Shown here piece after piece: positions 1 through 15,324 of a stretch of 41,549 bases of DNA (positions are counted from its first letter, which is position 1; every line of letters begins with the position of its first letter). The notes under the pieces were generated by a model. That model saw nothing but the letters and a program-made list of their open reading frames with translations. It searched no databases and was not told where the DNA came from. This stretch comes from Sphaeroforma arctica JP610 (taxonomy: Eukaryota). Both the position numbers and the translations under genes were made by a program. The stretch is taken from the NCBI RefSeq assembly GCF_001186125.1, contig NW_014040448.1, forward strand, positions 45,295 through 86,843. Direction: 5' to 3'.

Positions 1-7
1 TACTATA

Positions 8-8
<1 letters not shown>

Positions 9-67
<59 letters not shown>

Positions 68-232
68 TAGTGTGTGTGTGTGTGTGTGTGTGTATGAGTG
101 AGTGTGTGTGTGTGTGATAAAATATAAATTAATATATATATATATAGATATATATATGCATATATATATATATATATAAAGTATGTATGTATGTGTATAA
201 ATACACCCATATATATATATATATATATATAC
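9..232. repeat. (TA)n/(TG)n microsatellite cluster, probably in an upstream TPP2 intron
   Basis: Pure TA run 9-64, TG run ~70-93, further TA runs to ~232. Confidence 0.95.
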
Positions 233-422
233 GCTTAGAGCAAAATTGTTAAGTGGTCTCTATTGTTAAGATTGCTGGTTTTATTTTGGATATTCGCACA
301 ATACGTCTATGTATCTTTTTGGGACAAGCTACTATCTTTTACGGCCTTGTAAGTGTTTTTTCGTTCTGTCATGTTCATACACAGTTCGACTAATTTACCG
401 GGTCACACTACACTAATCACAG

Positions 423-3400
423 GATGAAATTGGGTGCTCAAGATTTTTGCAACAAAACCCCTCATACGATGGACGGGGTGTTGTAGTGGCTGTGTTTGAC
501 ACAGGTGTAGATCCAGCTGCCGCTGGACTGCAGGTAATTTATTAGTCCACAAACAGTAATGTGTCAAAGAATCAAACCGTTATGATCTGCGAATCAGGAA
601 CACTACCTCTTAAACCATACAATACCATCGATACTCTAGAAAGTTTCGATTCGAATCTGGATAGGGCTTCCGCCAAGGGCCTATCACTTCTTGTTTATCG
701 TGTTCGTGTTAGGGTGCCAGCCCAGTTACGAACGGTACCTCAGTAAATGCTCGGCTACAATTTAGAATTAATTTACAGTCCTTTTCATTCCGACTCAACC
801 TGCGAAAACGATTTATCTCAGACTACCACAGATGGAAAGCCAAAAGTGATTGACATTATTGATCCCACCGGAAGCAGTGATGTGGACACCTCAAAAGTTG
901 CCAAAGTCGATGCAGATGGAAATCTTAGCCTTCTGTCAGGTAGGTAGATGCATGGATTACTTATCAAACTAGAGTACCCATTAACGTGGAGTGATGTCGT
1001 TTGGTGCAGGTCCTGGGGTAGAGAATACAGCTATGCTGAACGATTTCAAACAAAGTTCGGCAAATCTTTGTCTTGAATGCCGCATGTCTCTATCCTAGCT
1101 GTCCGTATTTGTTGTTTGGTACTCCGTGCCTTCGATCAGGTCCTTCATAGTGTGGCAGCCGTCATTGCTGAGTGCGAGTCAGAAAGGTCGATAGTCTGTA
1201 CATATTAAGAAATCTCGCTTAAGAGTTTGAGGGTATCTTCCGGGATGTACACGATCGAGACAATAATTTTGTATGTATAGAAAAGGTACCTACAACTATT
1301 ACCAAACCACACAGACACTGTTATTGCGCCAGGTTGCTTGGGTTTGATTCCTGCTACTAGATATAAAATGAGTCTGCTGTAGACTGTATCAAATTATTGT
1401 ACTGTTCGCGTCGATTGTACTTAGAAATATCAGTGGTGGATTGCAGTGTGCTCTAGTACTCGTACCTCTTTATTGGTCATGTAGTGGGCAGCGTCAAGCA
1501 TTGCATATATCGTTTTTTCTTTTGAAATCCAAATCGTTAGGAACGCCAACATTGCCTCACCGAGAATATCGGCATGTGCATACGAATTTGTCAGTAATTA
1601 TGACACACATTCCTGTATCTGATCCTCCTCATACAGGCCGAACAATGATTGTACCAGAATGCTGGAAAACAACTTCGGAGACCGAATTCCACATCGGAAT
1701 TAAACGGTATGCCTGGTGTTTTTTCTGCAAATTACATATACATGTGTCCATATTTTTCTCAATGTACATGTGACGGCGCCACAGGCGATTGGTAGGTGAT
1801 GGAATTCACATACTCCGCGACAATGTATTATCTTGCTGGACACTGCACCACAGGGTGTATGAGCTTTGCCCGGAGGTTCTGAAGAAACGACTACGCCGCG
1901 AAGCGAAGGAAGATTTTGAAATGAAGCACAATCCGATACTAACCCAGGCGGTACAGGTATGGTCGTCTGTTGTGTGCGCTTTGAAATGAGTCGCGGTTTA
2001 TGCTTTTGAGATTGGTATGCTGTGAATTGAGTAGTTGAAGTGATGTGTTTTTATCATCTGTCGTTTTTCGAGTGCCGTGATATGTGCCGTGATGTTCGTG
2101 TATTTATACGTACGTAGGTACGTTTTCTATTGATGTCGGTTTCTCTGCGTTTTGCCAGGTGTGGTGTATCAACTGTATTTTTGAATGACTTTAGATCAAT
2201 CACGAGCTAAAGCAAATATACGTACGAAAACCGGCTACGAAGGAGATAATCGAAGTAGGAGGTACCCTCGTGGCAATCGAGAAACTTATCAGATGGGCAT
2301 CTGATTTGTGTAGACTTGACGGGAGTACGTTAACATAAAGTCACATAGGCTTGCATACCTAACAATACTACAGACACGGTTGCGTGAACAGTTTGAGTAT
2401 AAGTAAAGATTTAGAATATATTTGTTGAGCCCAAAAAGATCCATGTGCCTCCCAGAAGAAAAATCATGCTTGTAAGAAAGGCACCGACAACGTAGCGATT
2501 TGTTTATTTGTGATGCTTCAGATTTGCGCTGTTATTGCGCTGATGAGAATACACACCTACACAAATTCGCTTTCCCTCCTTCTCTCTCTCTCTCTCTCTT
2601 TCTCGCTTTGACTGTCTCTGCGTGCATGCAGGACATGCATGAATGGGATAGCAAGCACCCCAATAAAACACCCTTAAATGCGGAGGAGAGAAAGACTAAG
2701 GCAAACTTTGCGGACGCAAAGGAAACGCTGGAGGGTATTGCTAAGGAATATCAGGACTGTGGGCCAGTTGTAGACTGTATCTTGTTTGCAGCTCCATCTG
2801 ATTCAGAGGGCAAATGGCTGTGTTGTGTCGTGCAACCCACGTGCATGTCACTGGAGGATGCAAAGTTGATGCTTGAATACAGATATCGGCAGGAGTACGG
2901 GCGCTTGTCAGAGGCCAGCATGGTCAACTACTCATTCAATGTCTACTGCGAAGGTGATGTGCTGAGTGTCGTCACCACCAGCGGTGCACATGGCACTCAT
3001 GTAGCCTCTATACTGGCTGCCCACCATCCGGATAAGTATGGATGCAACATTTTATTCATAAGTATATCGATGTGTCACTTAACTGATTCAATCAAGCGGC
3101 ATTCCGCATTTGTATTAGTTTATATGTATTAACAACAATGTAATGCTTTCGGCGTTTAATGATGTCTGATCGTATCATTTTTTTGCTTTATTTGCTTGCG
3201 ATATATCTGTTTCAATACCTTGAAATTTTGTAAGTCGAGTCGTGATCATTTAGAACATAACCAGAATCTTCTTAGGTTTATTCCTCTCTGAAACTTTATT
3301 TCTGCTCGTCTCTCGCAGTCCGAAAACCAACGGGATCGCACCCGGAGCTCAGATCATCTCAATCAAGATCGGGGACACGCGATTGAATGGAATGGAGACA

Positions 3401-6400
3401 GGGACAGGCGTGGCACGTGGGTGGGTGGAAACTATCCTCAAGAAGGCCGATTTGGTTAACATGAGTTATGGCGAGGACGCCGCTGTGTGCAATCACGGAT
3501 ACATCACAGAGCTTGCCAATCATGCTGTACGCGAGAATGACATCGTCTTCGTCACTAGTGCAGGTATCTCATCTTTACTTTAGTTGCAAGTATAGCGAGT
3601 AAGATTTTGGAAAGGCGTATACTTATCTCGTGTAGGTGTAAATTTTCTGACCTTGAAACGTCAGTCTTTGCAGTGTATACATTCACTGATGAGGTTTGTA
3701 TCGGGTGGTCCTTCTCACGCGATTTTGCAAACCTTGACCAATTCTAGAGTGAAGCCAAAATTATTATTTTTTTAATTGGCTTTGAGAATGTCCAACGACT
3801 GACTCTACTAGCAGTTTCTGCCCATATGCGTGCGTACATATATATGCTCAATAGCAAGAGTATATATGTGTACTGCTGGGCGCGTACACACATGCCAGTA
3901 AATACATGCGGCATTTGGATAACGCTGCTGTTCTAGAATACGAATTGATACCCGCATTAGCTTTACAAAACGTTTATAATTGAAAGACTCAGTCTCTTCC
4001 CCATTCTCATCAGCTAGCTGACCTCGTTTATCTTTATTTTATTTTTTTGTATCACGCCCACGGTCCTCTACAATTGTCCATAGGTAACAGTGGCCCTGCG
4101 CTGTCCTCGGTGACAGCCCCAGGCGGAACCACTAGTGAGTGCATCTCTGTGGGCGCGTGTGTCAGCCAGCCCATGGTGGATGCTGAGTACTGCATGGCCG
4201 GCAGTATAGACGCCCCCACTCAGTACACCTGGTCCTCTCGTGGGCCGGCCACCAACGGCTCAGCAGGAGTCACCCTCAGGTACCTGGTCCTTGCTTGCCA
4301 TTTCGCAGTTTTGTCTGTATAATATAATTTCGATGTCAGTCAATCATACCCTTGCCTCGATTCGTTGTTGTTGCCATGGGCACACTCGCGCTGTCCCACA
4401 CACTAAATTGCCACGAACAAGTGGCAGGTGCCTCTCGATGAATTTAAGTAGCAAGTGTATCAATATTTGCAATAATTTTTTATTAGACTTGTGGCTGAGA
4501 TATTAAGATTGGTTTACTGTGACTAATGTGGAGATTGCACTTTTCTTACTCTTTTGATGTGGTTTCAGTATTCACGGATATATATCTATCGGTTTTTTGA
4601 TAGGCAGCGAGCGTGAACAACAATCATGTTCATTTCAATTTTAAATTGTAGTCTTTCGTTAATGTTCTATTTGTTTACACTTTTACAGTGCACCCGGTGG
4701 AGCCGTTGCATCGGTACCAAATTTTACGCTGAATTGCTCACAGCTCATGAATGGTATGTCCATGCACTGATATACAAAGCACGACGTGATTATGTGTTCA
4801 GAAATGAGTGGTACTACAGGCATGGCTACGTAGACTTACTACTTTCTAGGCTTTTTTGTATTGAAGCCCGGAATACAAACGACAATATAGTTCAATGGGT
4901 GGTGTATCAGAACGCCGCGGTCGTCTACGCATTATTAACACTTAATATTGTGTGACGTTCTTATACCTCACACAGGTACATCTATGGCTTCACCCAATGC
5001 GTGCGGAGGAGTCGCACTCCTGCTAAGTGCGCTGAAGCAGAAAAAGGCTCTGTATACTCCACAGGTATGAAAGTGGTAAATATATATATATATATATATT
5101 GTGAACGTTTACGGAGTGGGTTGGTGGTATAGTTCTCTTGTTGGTAGGTACTGTAGTGTGTTGCACAGCATGCGTATGGTGTAGTCACGAGTACATTTTA
5201 CAAGGGACGCTCTTTATCGTGTATGGAAATACAAACTGTTAGCCTCAGCTCGAACTGTATTATAATTATATTAGGTCACGAATCATCTTGCGGTAAGTAT
5301 AGTGTACTCTGATTGTGTGTATAAAGTGGCGCGCTTATTGTGTGCAAGCTCGGAATAGACTTGTTTGTACACGCGTGTCCACACAACAAAATGTCTTTTT
5401 ATTCTTACAATTCATTACATTTCGTCTTGAGTGTTCTGCTGATTTTGATATCAATCTAAAAAACGTTTTCCTCCGCTCGCTTTCTTCGGCAGGCAATCAA
5501 AAGCTGCCTTGTCGCAACTTGCGAACCGATCAAAGGCGTGGAATCCCACGCTCAGGGTGCTGGTATCATGCAGGTATATCTCAGAGCTCAGTGGGCTGCT
5601 AGGATTAAATAACAATCCCTTATAATAATATGTAAACTATGCGCACTATTATATATTGTACTATTCTTCTCTATTCCGCTGATGTTCGATTATTTTTTCT
5701 CAATTTCTCTATTCTTCAATGTTAGTCACGAATCAGTGCATTGCCATCCAATGCATAGTCATACTGTCCCCGCCACTGTACATGGCAGCATATGTGGCCC
5801 TAGCCCCTACCAAAAAATGATATTTGCTCTCTTGAGGTTGAGGTCTTCTTATCTCGTTCGTTTCATACAAGTGTTGATTCACACCACAATTCAGAAACAT
5901 TTGTACACGTGGCAAAAGCTATATACTAAGTTTAACATATTTGTATAGTTATGTGCCTAGGTTAGACTAGTGGATAGACACGTATATGAAGACTAAACAA
6001 CTCTCACGTGTACTCTATCTGTTGATCAGGTGGACCGGGCCTTAAAAGCGTTTTGCGGCGCACCATTATCGAAAATGGACCAGAATGCATGGGCTGGTTA
6101 CACTTCGCCCAGTCGGCAATGCGGTTACGATATCTCTTGCAACTACCATGGTCATCCAAGTCGGTATGTACAGTATAAGTATTTTTTTTCTAAATTATCA
6201 TCTGCTTCCGCTCATAATCAATATATGCTGATAATTAGGGCTGCAAGTTCTGCAGTAGATTCTAAAAGGATATGATAGATACACACTCGGATGTGGTATG
6301 CAACGTGTGGCAAGGGAGATTACAAACAAGTATATACAAATATGTACAATATCTTGTGCAGAACTGTGGGCTCATGCAATCATGACTTGCAAGCAATGTC

Positions 6401-9400
6401 GACCTGTTTCGTTCATGGGGCTGAAGGGCTCACTGAGACACAAGTTCGTTGCACACTCGTTTATATTTGATTTTGTTATGTATATGTTCACGCTACCACT
6501 TGTCCCTCACGAAGTAGTACACCGTGATACGACCTGAAAACGCGCCCACATTTGCATGGTCACATGCAAACGATTACACCAGCTCACATATACCGTAAAT
6601 GCACACATTCATACGTACAGGGGTGGTATTTATCTACGAGAGACTTACGAGACATCTCCTGCAACGACTACATGCGCGATTACTGTCAAGCCTTTCTTCT
6701 CGAAGAAAATATGTAACACGTTAAAGGTGGGTACTACTGACCTGAATTCATTCGTTCAAGTATCGAAAATTTTGATTTCAATCGTATGATATACTCAATT
6801 TCTTTAATTCAATGCTCTGGTTTTCTTCGGAATTCAGAAGCGTTTTGAATTTCCAATTCATATTTTATAGCAATGTCTTATAATTGATCTGGTATATGCG
6901 TCCGTATTTACAATCTCATTGTATGTACATAGACTATGTAATTGTTTATCTCTATGAGATGTCAAAATAAGAGCTATTGAATATTAATCTCTCGAAGATA
7001 AGTAGATAATGTATGCCCCATCAGGAGAGAAGGCTAGTGCTTATGAGGGAGAATTGTCCTGTTAGTGACTATTTATTCACGTCTATCCTTGTAGTTTTTT
7101 ATCTGAACTCGTCATTGGAGAGGTTTTGATATCCCAACGGATCTATGTTGAAGAACATCACAAGGATTGTATGACTATTCATCCATAGGAGGGTTACGTA
7201 TGTTCACACCTGTGGAAGCACAATCTGTTGCCACATGTAGTTAATGAATTACTACATGCATATTCATCATAGAGTAGCTGTACATGTCCCACCATGTGCT
7301 TGATCATACGTACGAGTTGCGTACCTGTACACTACACAAGCGCACACAGCACGCCTCAGACAAATGTACTCAGATATTTACAGCGTGAACAAGCACACAC
7401 ACACACACACACACGCCAAGAGACGCATACCTAGATTAGTATACAGTCCACGTCTTCTCTCGCGTTTAACTGTCACTCCGGCAGTTAATTCTCTGATTGC
7501 GTACTTGTCTTAATTACCACTGTTTTCGTGCGCACACTCACAGGTCGATTTTGAGCTCAAGTTAATGCTGGAGTGTGAGGCTGATTGGGTAGCACCGCCA
7601 AATCATGTTGTTCTCAACTCAACCGGCCGCGTTTTCAATATTGAAGTGGATATGGACAAAGCTCGCGCCATGAACTTACCTGGCACATATGCCACAACAG
7701 GTATTATCTGAAACCTTGTTGCGTTTTATTCGCTGCGTATCTGTGGTTATGTGCGGGTGTAGAAGTTTCTTTCTGAGCCCCAGGACTCTTTGGCGTTGTA
7801 TGCATATGAGTGTATTGCTAGTGTATTGGGTGGTCCAGAAGAGGAGGGGAAGTGTGAAATCTTAAGTTATAACGAAGATGTTTTACTACGCTTACAGTTG
7901 GTATTGTTTAATCTCTCTGTCGCGCACAGAACAACGAGTTTGTTTGTTTTTTCTACATTGGTGTACTCAGTAACATCTATCTGTCACTTCGACTACATCA
8001 CGCCTCGAGAGTTTAGAATGCTATACGCATATGCCATATTCAAATACTAAAAACCCCAATTGCAGGCAGATAGTCAACACACACGACGAACCCTGCATAT
8101 GTGTTTGCAGACGATATGTAAAACACTTGTATATATCTGCAATTAACCCTTTTTGGGGGGGGGGGGATGCGAGGTCCTTTTCGTAGTGTGAGGACAGTTT
8201 AATAGGAATATCCCCGATTTATATTTTGCTATCTAGTGTACGCGTATGACTCCGATGAGGCCTCGGGACTGCCTCTGTTCAGTATACCTGTCACCATCAT
8301 GATACCTTATGCCAGTACCGAAAGCCAGCATATCGTATCACAGGTATGTAATATGAAGTTTGGGATGGGGTTCAAACAATCGCACACACTGAGTGTTAAT
8401 TACTATATATCCTTCATGCTTGTATATGTACTCGTTTTCCTCGCAGGCTGCTTTCCGAATATGGTAGTCAGTACCGATATCTACGACAATGTGATTGTAT
8501 TCGTCTTTATCGGTGTCTGTCTATCATATGTGGTTCCTTCGTTCATGACTTACATCTGCTATGTCGCATTTGTAATCACGATTGCTGGAATTGGGTGTGG
8601 CTGAAGAACCCCTCAAACATATGTTGTCCTGAGACAGCAGTGATTCGTGTGCACCTGAAATTTGCGACGCAGGAGTTTCACCCCATCGATGTACCGACAT
8701 GCCTATTGGGAATAAAATTACAATATACCTCGCACTCGCGAACACATATATACTCACGGAAGCGCATTTTTCTATTAATGTATACAGCAAAGCAATCGCA
8801 ATAGTAGAATCGATGCCGATGTGCAGCAGTCGGAGAAGGTTGACTATACATTCAATGACATCGCATACACACCCGCCCACATGGAACGCCACGTTTTCAG
8901 TGTGCCCAGCGGTGCCACGTGGGCGGATGTGACCGTCACTGTGACTTCAGGCACTCCAGGGTCGTCGAAGGTGTTCATTCTTCACGCACAGCAACTGCAT
9001 GCGCAGGTGAGCTTCTTCGTTGTTTCTAACTGGCGTGCCTTGCATTTTGCGTATCTTGCTCTGCCGTTTTACACTCCACCTTTGGCTGTCTTCAGTTCTG
9101 CGGCGCCCTGATACATGTATCTTTGTCACTTTTGCGACCAATGCCATTCACATCTAAGGCCGGTCACTCGACGTCCGAGTACAAAACTCGACTTCCGGTC
9201 AAAGAAGGCATTCCGTTGGTACGCTCGTTCCGTGTGATTGGTGGATCCACATTGGAGTTGTGTGTGGCCCAGTTTTGGAACAGTCTCGGTGATTGTTTGG
9301 TCAGCACACACATTGAGTTCCATGGAATCATGCCGAATCTCGAGTGCGTTGCGCTGCATGGTGATGATGAGGTGAGAGAAACTTGAGTTATATATTTTTT

Positions 9401-12400
9401 TGATTGGGTGTCTGACTGTTGATCCAATTTTGTAGGCGTGCTATCCCAATCAAAGTTCTCCCGTTGAGCTCTTCCCCGATTGAACCCAGCCCAAGTACTT
9501 CAGGGAGGACCTTTTTCTGCTGGCAACCGTTTACAAACGGCTACATACCAAAGTGCAAACACGTGTCTGTTTTGTCAGAATTATTCGCATTTTTAAATTC
9601 AATGTTCCGATTTGACTTTAACCGATTTCTGAGATTTTATCGAAGTATATGCTATCTTCTCGAATGTCTATTCGTCAAGCTCTCTGATTATTTTGAACGT
9701 TTTTCTAATTTTTGTTGTAGATTGTCTAAATTGTCTTAATGGCTTAATCGCGTTTCGACTTGATTTACTTTTTAATCTGATTTTAGCACAACGGCCACCT
9801 CTATACCTCCGTGGCCAAAACTGTACTCGCTTTCATTCTCTGCGATTACACTTCAACTATTTGTACATTGCACAACATTGTTGCATTGGTTGGGCTTTTG
9901 TTGTATGCTTGTATATGGTGAGAGGGTGTAGTCGTCATTGTCGGAGCACCCGCATCCTCATGTATTCACCCTTTGGAATACTTTACACTGACGTCCATTG
10001 TGAATTCCAGGTGGTACGAGTAGACGCTTTCTGCAAATTGCGTCCGGAAACGCTTGATCCAACTGTGGTCCTGAAAGACATTCGTCAGCACTTTAGGCCA
10101 AAAACTACCACTCTTCGGCCGCTTCCGATAGAGCCCCGAAATACCATGCCTCACAAGGTTGAATTTTGTGTGTACGAGTAAATTTTCTTGAATTTTTCAC
10201 CTGCCTATTAACACTGTGCTGAAGTTGAGATTAGCATTCGTGGCATACAAAACCACCAGGAGTATATTTTTGGTTCTACGTATGGTGGATTGGATTGTAG
10301 TTGCTAGCTGGTTGTCTCTGTTTGTGTATAGCAGTGTGCGAAAGATGATGCTGATCATGTCAAACGCACATGTGAGAGTATAACACAGAACACACGTGCA
10401 CGTAACTTAATCTGTTGGTAGAAATGTATGCTCGGATATTTAGCACGAAAATACCAATGCAAAACGATATCCTTTGTCAACCGGAGTGGTGCGTAGTTCA
10501 ATTTCATATTTCGTGCACTAGGATACCACAGAGGTGGTGGTCACAGTGATATGTACCGGCTTGTCAGTCTACCATAGCATTTGTCAGTGAGTCTCTTTAC
10601 TATTGACAGCTCCATGGAAGTAGATAGTCTTCTATAAAACTCAGAGAAGTGCTCAATAGAAACAGTCTTCTTTTGGATCTCAACAGTTTTGTTGTAATCG
10701 GAGAAATATGTGCAGATTTTGTCCTGTTCATATTTAGACGCTCGTGTATAATATTTGTTGAAAGTCACATGAACACGCACCTTTGCCATACCCCTCACAC
10801 GTTTGACGATGAATGGTTGCATTAGGGTCCTGTGTACGAACTGCTGCTACAATATGAGTTCAACCAGGAAGAATCAGAAAGCTCGCAAGTAACTCCCAGA
10901 TTCCCTTTGCTCAACGGCACACTGTATGAGAGTGTATTCCAACAGCAACTCTGCGTTATATTGGACAAGAAAAACCGTGTGCATGTGTGGAGTGATGCCT
11001 TCCCCAGCAAGTGCAAGCTTCCCAAGGGAGAGTATATCGCTCGATTACAGGTATCCCATGACGTTCCTAGACGTAAAATTTTCGTAAACATATGTGTCTG
11101 CGGTTATGTAGCCATTTTGTTTGTATTTTATATAGATCAGTGTCTTGTTGAAGAAAATCTGTATCTCTTTTGAGAAGTGTAAAATTGATAGTGTCAATCG
11201 TACTTCTGATGTGACTTCTGCTGCATACATGCATGATCTACACGCAGGACACATATTCGCACCGCACACCTGCATGCCAAGCTTAAGCAGTGGTATTCAT
11301 AGTGTTTCTGCGTATTTGTGTGATGAAACCACTTCAACTATATTGCTTTGATCAGGTCTGTTCGTACGACTTGGCACAACTCGAACGTCTACGAAATATG
11401 TTGCTGGTGCTCGAAACGAAATTGCAGAAGGATATCCCATTAGACGTCTACCCTACATTCGAAAAAGCTGTAGTAAAGTATGTCACATTCTCGAATGTCA
11501 TCCCAGGGCAGTGAAAATTTAAAAATGCGTATGCGTGTGGGTTTGGGTGCACAATTATGCGAACACAGTTTTATTTATATTGGCAATTGTGAATACTCGT
11601 TGTGGTATGTTCGTGAGAATGTAGCAGGCTCACTAACCATCGATATTTGTGCATACGAGCATTGCGATTTGCCCAGACTGGTGCATATCGGATGTACAAA
11701 TAATCTGATATCAAACTTCTATGTGTCGTGCAATCAGTTGATTCGGCGCAGTCCATTAAGTGTATGTATAGATATACGTGAACGTGTACACATATATAGT
11801 ATTCCGTACTTATATATATACATGATATGGTAGCACTGGTTGCAATCATATACCTTTGAGTGAATATATTTCATGAGAATCACTTTTATATAAACTGAAC
11901 ATATCGCATATCGTCCGTCATGTGGTATTATAGACTCTTATGTTCTCCTATCTTGGCTATAAGCTACTCCACTGTGAACTTTTCGAGTCAGATCAGCCAG
12001 TACATTGTTTTATTCACGCTCGAGACTGCATATGACGCTGAGTGTTCATTTGTATTCATTTGAAGTTTCCTTCGTGTTCGCACACTTTACATTGGCCAGA
12101 TAGATGGCCTACTTCTGTTGCCAATATGAAAATATTATTCTATAATTTATTTTGTTGATATTTTTTAAGTATAAGTTTCAAGGATATCTGTAGTTTTAAC
12201 ATATATGAATGTCCATCTCGAGAGCAGGAGTTCCAACCACAAGTTCAAGAAGCGCTCCATCCTTAAGGGTCAGACAGTCCCAGTATTTATCACACCCCCG
12301 CCTGCCGATAAGTTGCCTAAATGGGCCAAGGCGGGTGACACTTTGGTAGGTACGGTGACGTATGGTAAACAATGCGATACTGCCGGATGTGGCAAACGAC

Positions 12401-13844
12401 CGCGTGGCTGGTCATTGGTTGTGCATGTGGCCCCAGTCATCGTCAAAGAGAATCCCAGTAAAGGTAAGAGACATGTGTGAGTTCGCTCGCTGTGGTATTT
12501 TGTTGATGTATCCAACTGTGTAAGCGATGACTGTATAGTGTGTACCTATTCCCTGCTTCCAAATAAGGGTGAGAGGGTGGATCAGTTTACTTTTAAGATA
12601 GGAGTATGTTTTTGCAATGTATGATTAGGTTCTTGCACGGTGAATATCGCGCATAATAAACATTTTCCCCTTCAGGATGTTGGGTGGCATATAACAATCA
12701 GCATACAATGGTGAAATTGAGATGATCGTGACCACAATCGAACATACTGAGAAAATGTTGATCGTTTTCTGTGTCCAATATGTAATGCTTACTGGGGGCG
12801 GCGTTGTATTCCGTGTACTAGCATATACCATTCACAAACCGTATCACATGACTGTTATTGCAGTTGTCGTTGTGGTCTGAACAGGCTCTTCATCATAGCG
12901 TCAACAGTAGCTGGTGGCTATTGCTCGTTTACTTATGATAGATTGATAGTAATTGGCAAGATATTGTGATAAAATATCCTGCTTTGTAGAAAGTATCTGC
13001 TAGCTAGCGATGTAAAGACACCAGCCGTCTGTTATTGTACGTAAATCGCGATGTAATAAGTATTTTGGTGTGGACGTAGCATTAATAGGCTATTAAGCAA
13101 TGGTATCATGAATTCATGCATAATTTGATGCCGTCGGGCGCGGCCTTCATAAATTAATTGCAATGTTTGTCTGATGAACAAATCTCAATTTGTACTTCCA
13201 CAACATCATGGGCCACATGCATTTCACATTTTTATAACCATAATTCACTAAATTGATATTGACTAGAAATTTACTACCTTTCAGATTCGCCCAAGATTGA
13301 TGCAGAACCACTCGAAGCGCCGTTAGATGATTTCTCATTGTCTGTGCTGAAGTACAAAGTAAAACTTCTGCCTGGAGAGTACAAGAAAGATCAAGACAAG
13401 GGTATATTAGTTCTCTGTGTGCGTATGGATGTGTGTGCTCGTACGCTCTTACGTATGCACCCGTTCTTGTGCGTGTACAATGAATTGTCTTCATCGATGC
13501 GCTCACGCTCTCACTCTGCAGAACAGATTCTTACTCTAAATTGAATTCCTATGTGATGTATTCTTCGCGACAATACTACATAACGTGTAATCAATATAAT
13601 ATATATTCATTCCGAGTATCAACTTCCGCAGTGGATCAATAAGAGTTAAAATAAGATGTTTACTTCTACACCAACCCAGCTACCACGATATACAAGGATC
13701 TACAAGAGAGGCATCCCACGCACTTGCCGTTGTATGCTGCATGGTTAGAGTGCCTCGACGCCGCTCCCTACAAGTCAATCGAAGCAATCTGCTTACCGAC
13801 GCCAGAGGACTGCGAGTGGTCTAATGGTATATACATATATTTTC

Positions 13845-13884
<40 letters not shown>

Positions 13885-15324
13885 ATGTAACATGTATATG
13901 AAACGAACCCAAAATTTAGCGTATGTTCATTTGCCAGATCGTCCTCAGTCAACGACACCTCGTAGAGATAGAGTATATATCAGAGTTAAGTATATGTCTG
14001 AGTTAGGACGATAAAGTATAAGAACGTTTTAGTTTTTATCCACTCACACTGACTTTCAAAAACGCGCTGAGATCACTCACGATTCGCAGAGATGCATGAA
14101 GATCTGTTCAGACGTTTACTCCCCACATATAACCTTCACTTTGATCTACACTCTGTTAGGCATTACGATCTCTTCCGAAATTCGACAAGCCACAATAAAT
14201 TGTGCGACCGAGTTGATCAGTCAGATCGACCAGACAGCTTTGGCTGCGTATAATGGCATCCAACAGGACCCCGATGCAGCAGACAAGAAGAAAATGGCCA
14301 CTCAGAAAACACTGCTTATCGATGCTTTGTATCGTAAAGCCCGTGCTTACGCCGCTGCACACTCAGATGGTTAGTTGCGAAACTCAGATGCATGAATCGT
14401 GTGCTTTTTTGGGGGGCCATCGTCTGAATTTAATATCAAACTCTGGGGTTCTCTCGGTGCGGGCTTTGTTTTAGTCGTGCTATTTTCAGTGTTCGTTTGT
14501 TTGATGCACTGGTATATCCTCGAGGAACTGATTTGCTTGCCATTTATAATCACATTTGTGGTTGTCAGTCTATATGGATTTGAAACCCGTGAGTAATTAA
14601 ATGGGTGCATAATATTTAATAATCTCATCCCGGAATCAACTACTTGTATTCGTTTTAGCAGAAAACTTGGCTGCTCAGTTCACAGAGACGTACGAACAGC
14701 TATGCAAGTGGGTCGGTGACAAGGACAAGGCCGCGACAAGACGAGATACGTTGGAGCTGGTAGATCATGTTCTTCACCAGCGCTATGGTTCGGCTGTAAA
14801 GGTGAGTGGAAGCGCAACAATCGTACTCTTTCTCTTTGCAGTATATTTCGAGGCGCAATCACATATTGAATTTCGAATCGCATACAGGTTCGCGCACTTA
14901 ATCTCTGATTTCAATTCTAAACTCGAATCGATGCGTACATATTTTGGTTGAATATAGTACATGTACTTGAGTAACCGCGATGCCGCAGGGTCGATTCATA
15001 GTCGACTCTGCTGTCATTTGATGGACCCGCTTTATATCACTCTTGTGTCGTTTATAATAAAAATGTGCTCTCTCAGCGCGCGACTTACATATGTTGCCAT
15101 AGTTTACATACGTGCAACTCAACTTTACATATATTCCTTATGTCGGTGCATAAAAGCAGCTGGCCATAAAGGTGCTCAAATACTCTGTTGATGGCGATGT
15201 TGGCCGATTATTGAGCGATTACATCCGTGATGTCCTATCTTTGAAACTTGGCTGGTCTCATTTGCAGGAGCAGAACGCTCAGGCCGTCTTCCGCAATCTC
15301 CCCACGTCGATGCCATTGATGTAA
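423..15324 (+). CDS. TPP2: Tripeptidyl-peptidase II (subtilisin-family S8 serine exopeptidase); 25 exons in window, first coding exon lies upstream of the window
   Basis: Manually spliced GT-AG exons with consistent phases: 423-533, 822-939, 1637-1706, 1854-1956, 2632-3035, 3319-3563, 4084-4279, 4689-4753, 4976-5064, 5493-5573, 6030-6163, 6621-6726, 7544-7700, 8237-8343, 8827-9006, 9159-9371, 10011-10157, 10826-11050, 11356-11477, 12228-12463, 13285-13401, 13680-13826, 14160-14369, 14659-14801, 15160-15324 (TAA). Total 3891 nt, about 1296 aa. TPP2 motifs: [17 protein letters not shown] (catalytic Asp 498-500), [21 protein letters not shown] (His 2989-2991), [56 protein letters not shown] (Ser 4981-4983), [16 protein letters not shown] and C-terminal LGWSH. 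Confidence 0.96.
13854..13882. repeat. (TG)n microsatellite in a TPP2 intron
   Basis: Pure TG run. Confidence 0.9.

Noticed and set aside
3686..3735. CTGATGAG followed by a stem in a TPP2 intron (hammerhead-like)
   Set aside because: The stem is not followed by the required GAAA.
8344..8826. Hydrophobic membrane-protein-like ORF extensions (also 14399-14596)
   Set aside because: They are T-rich intron read-through beyond clear GT donors within TPP2.
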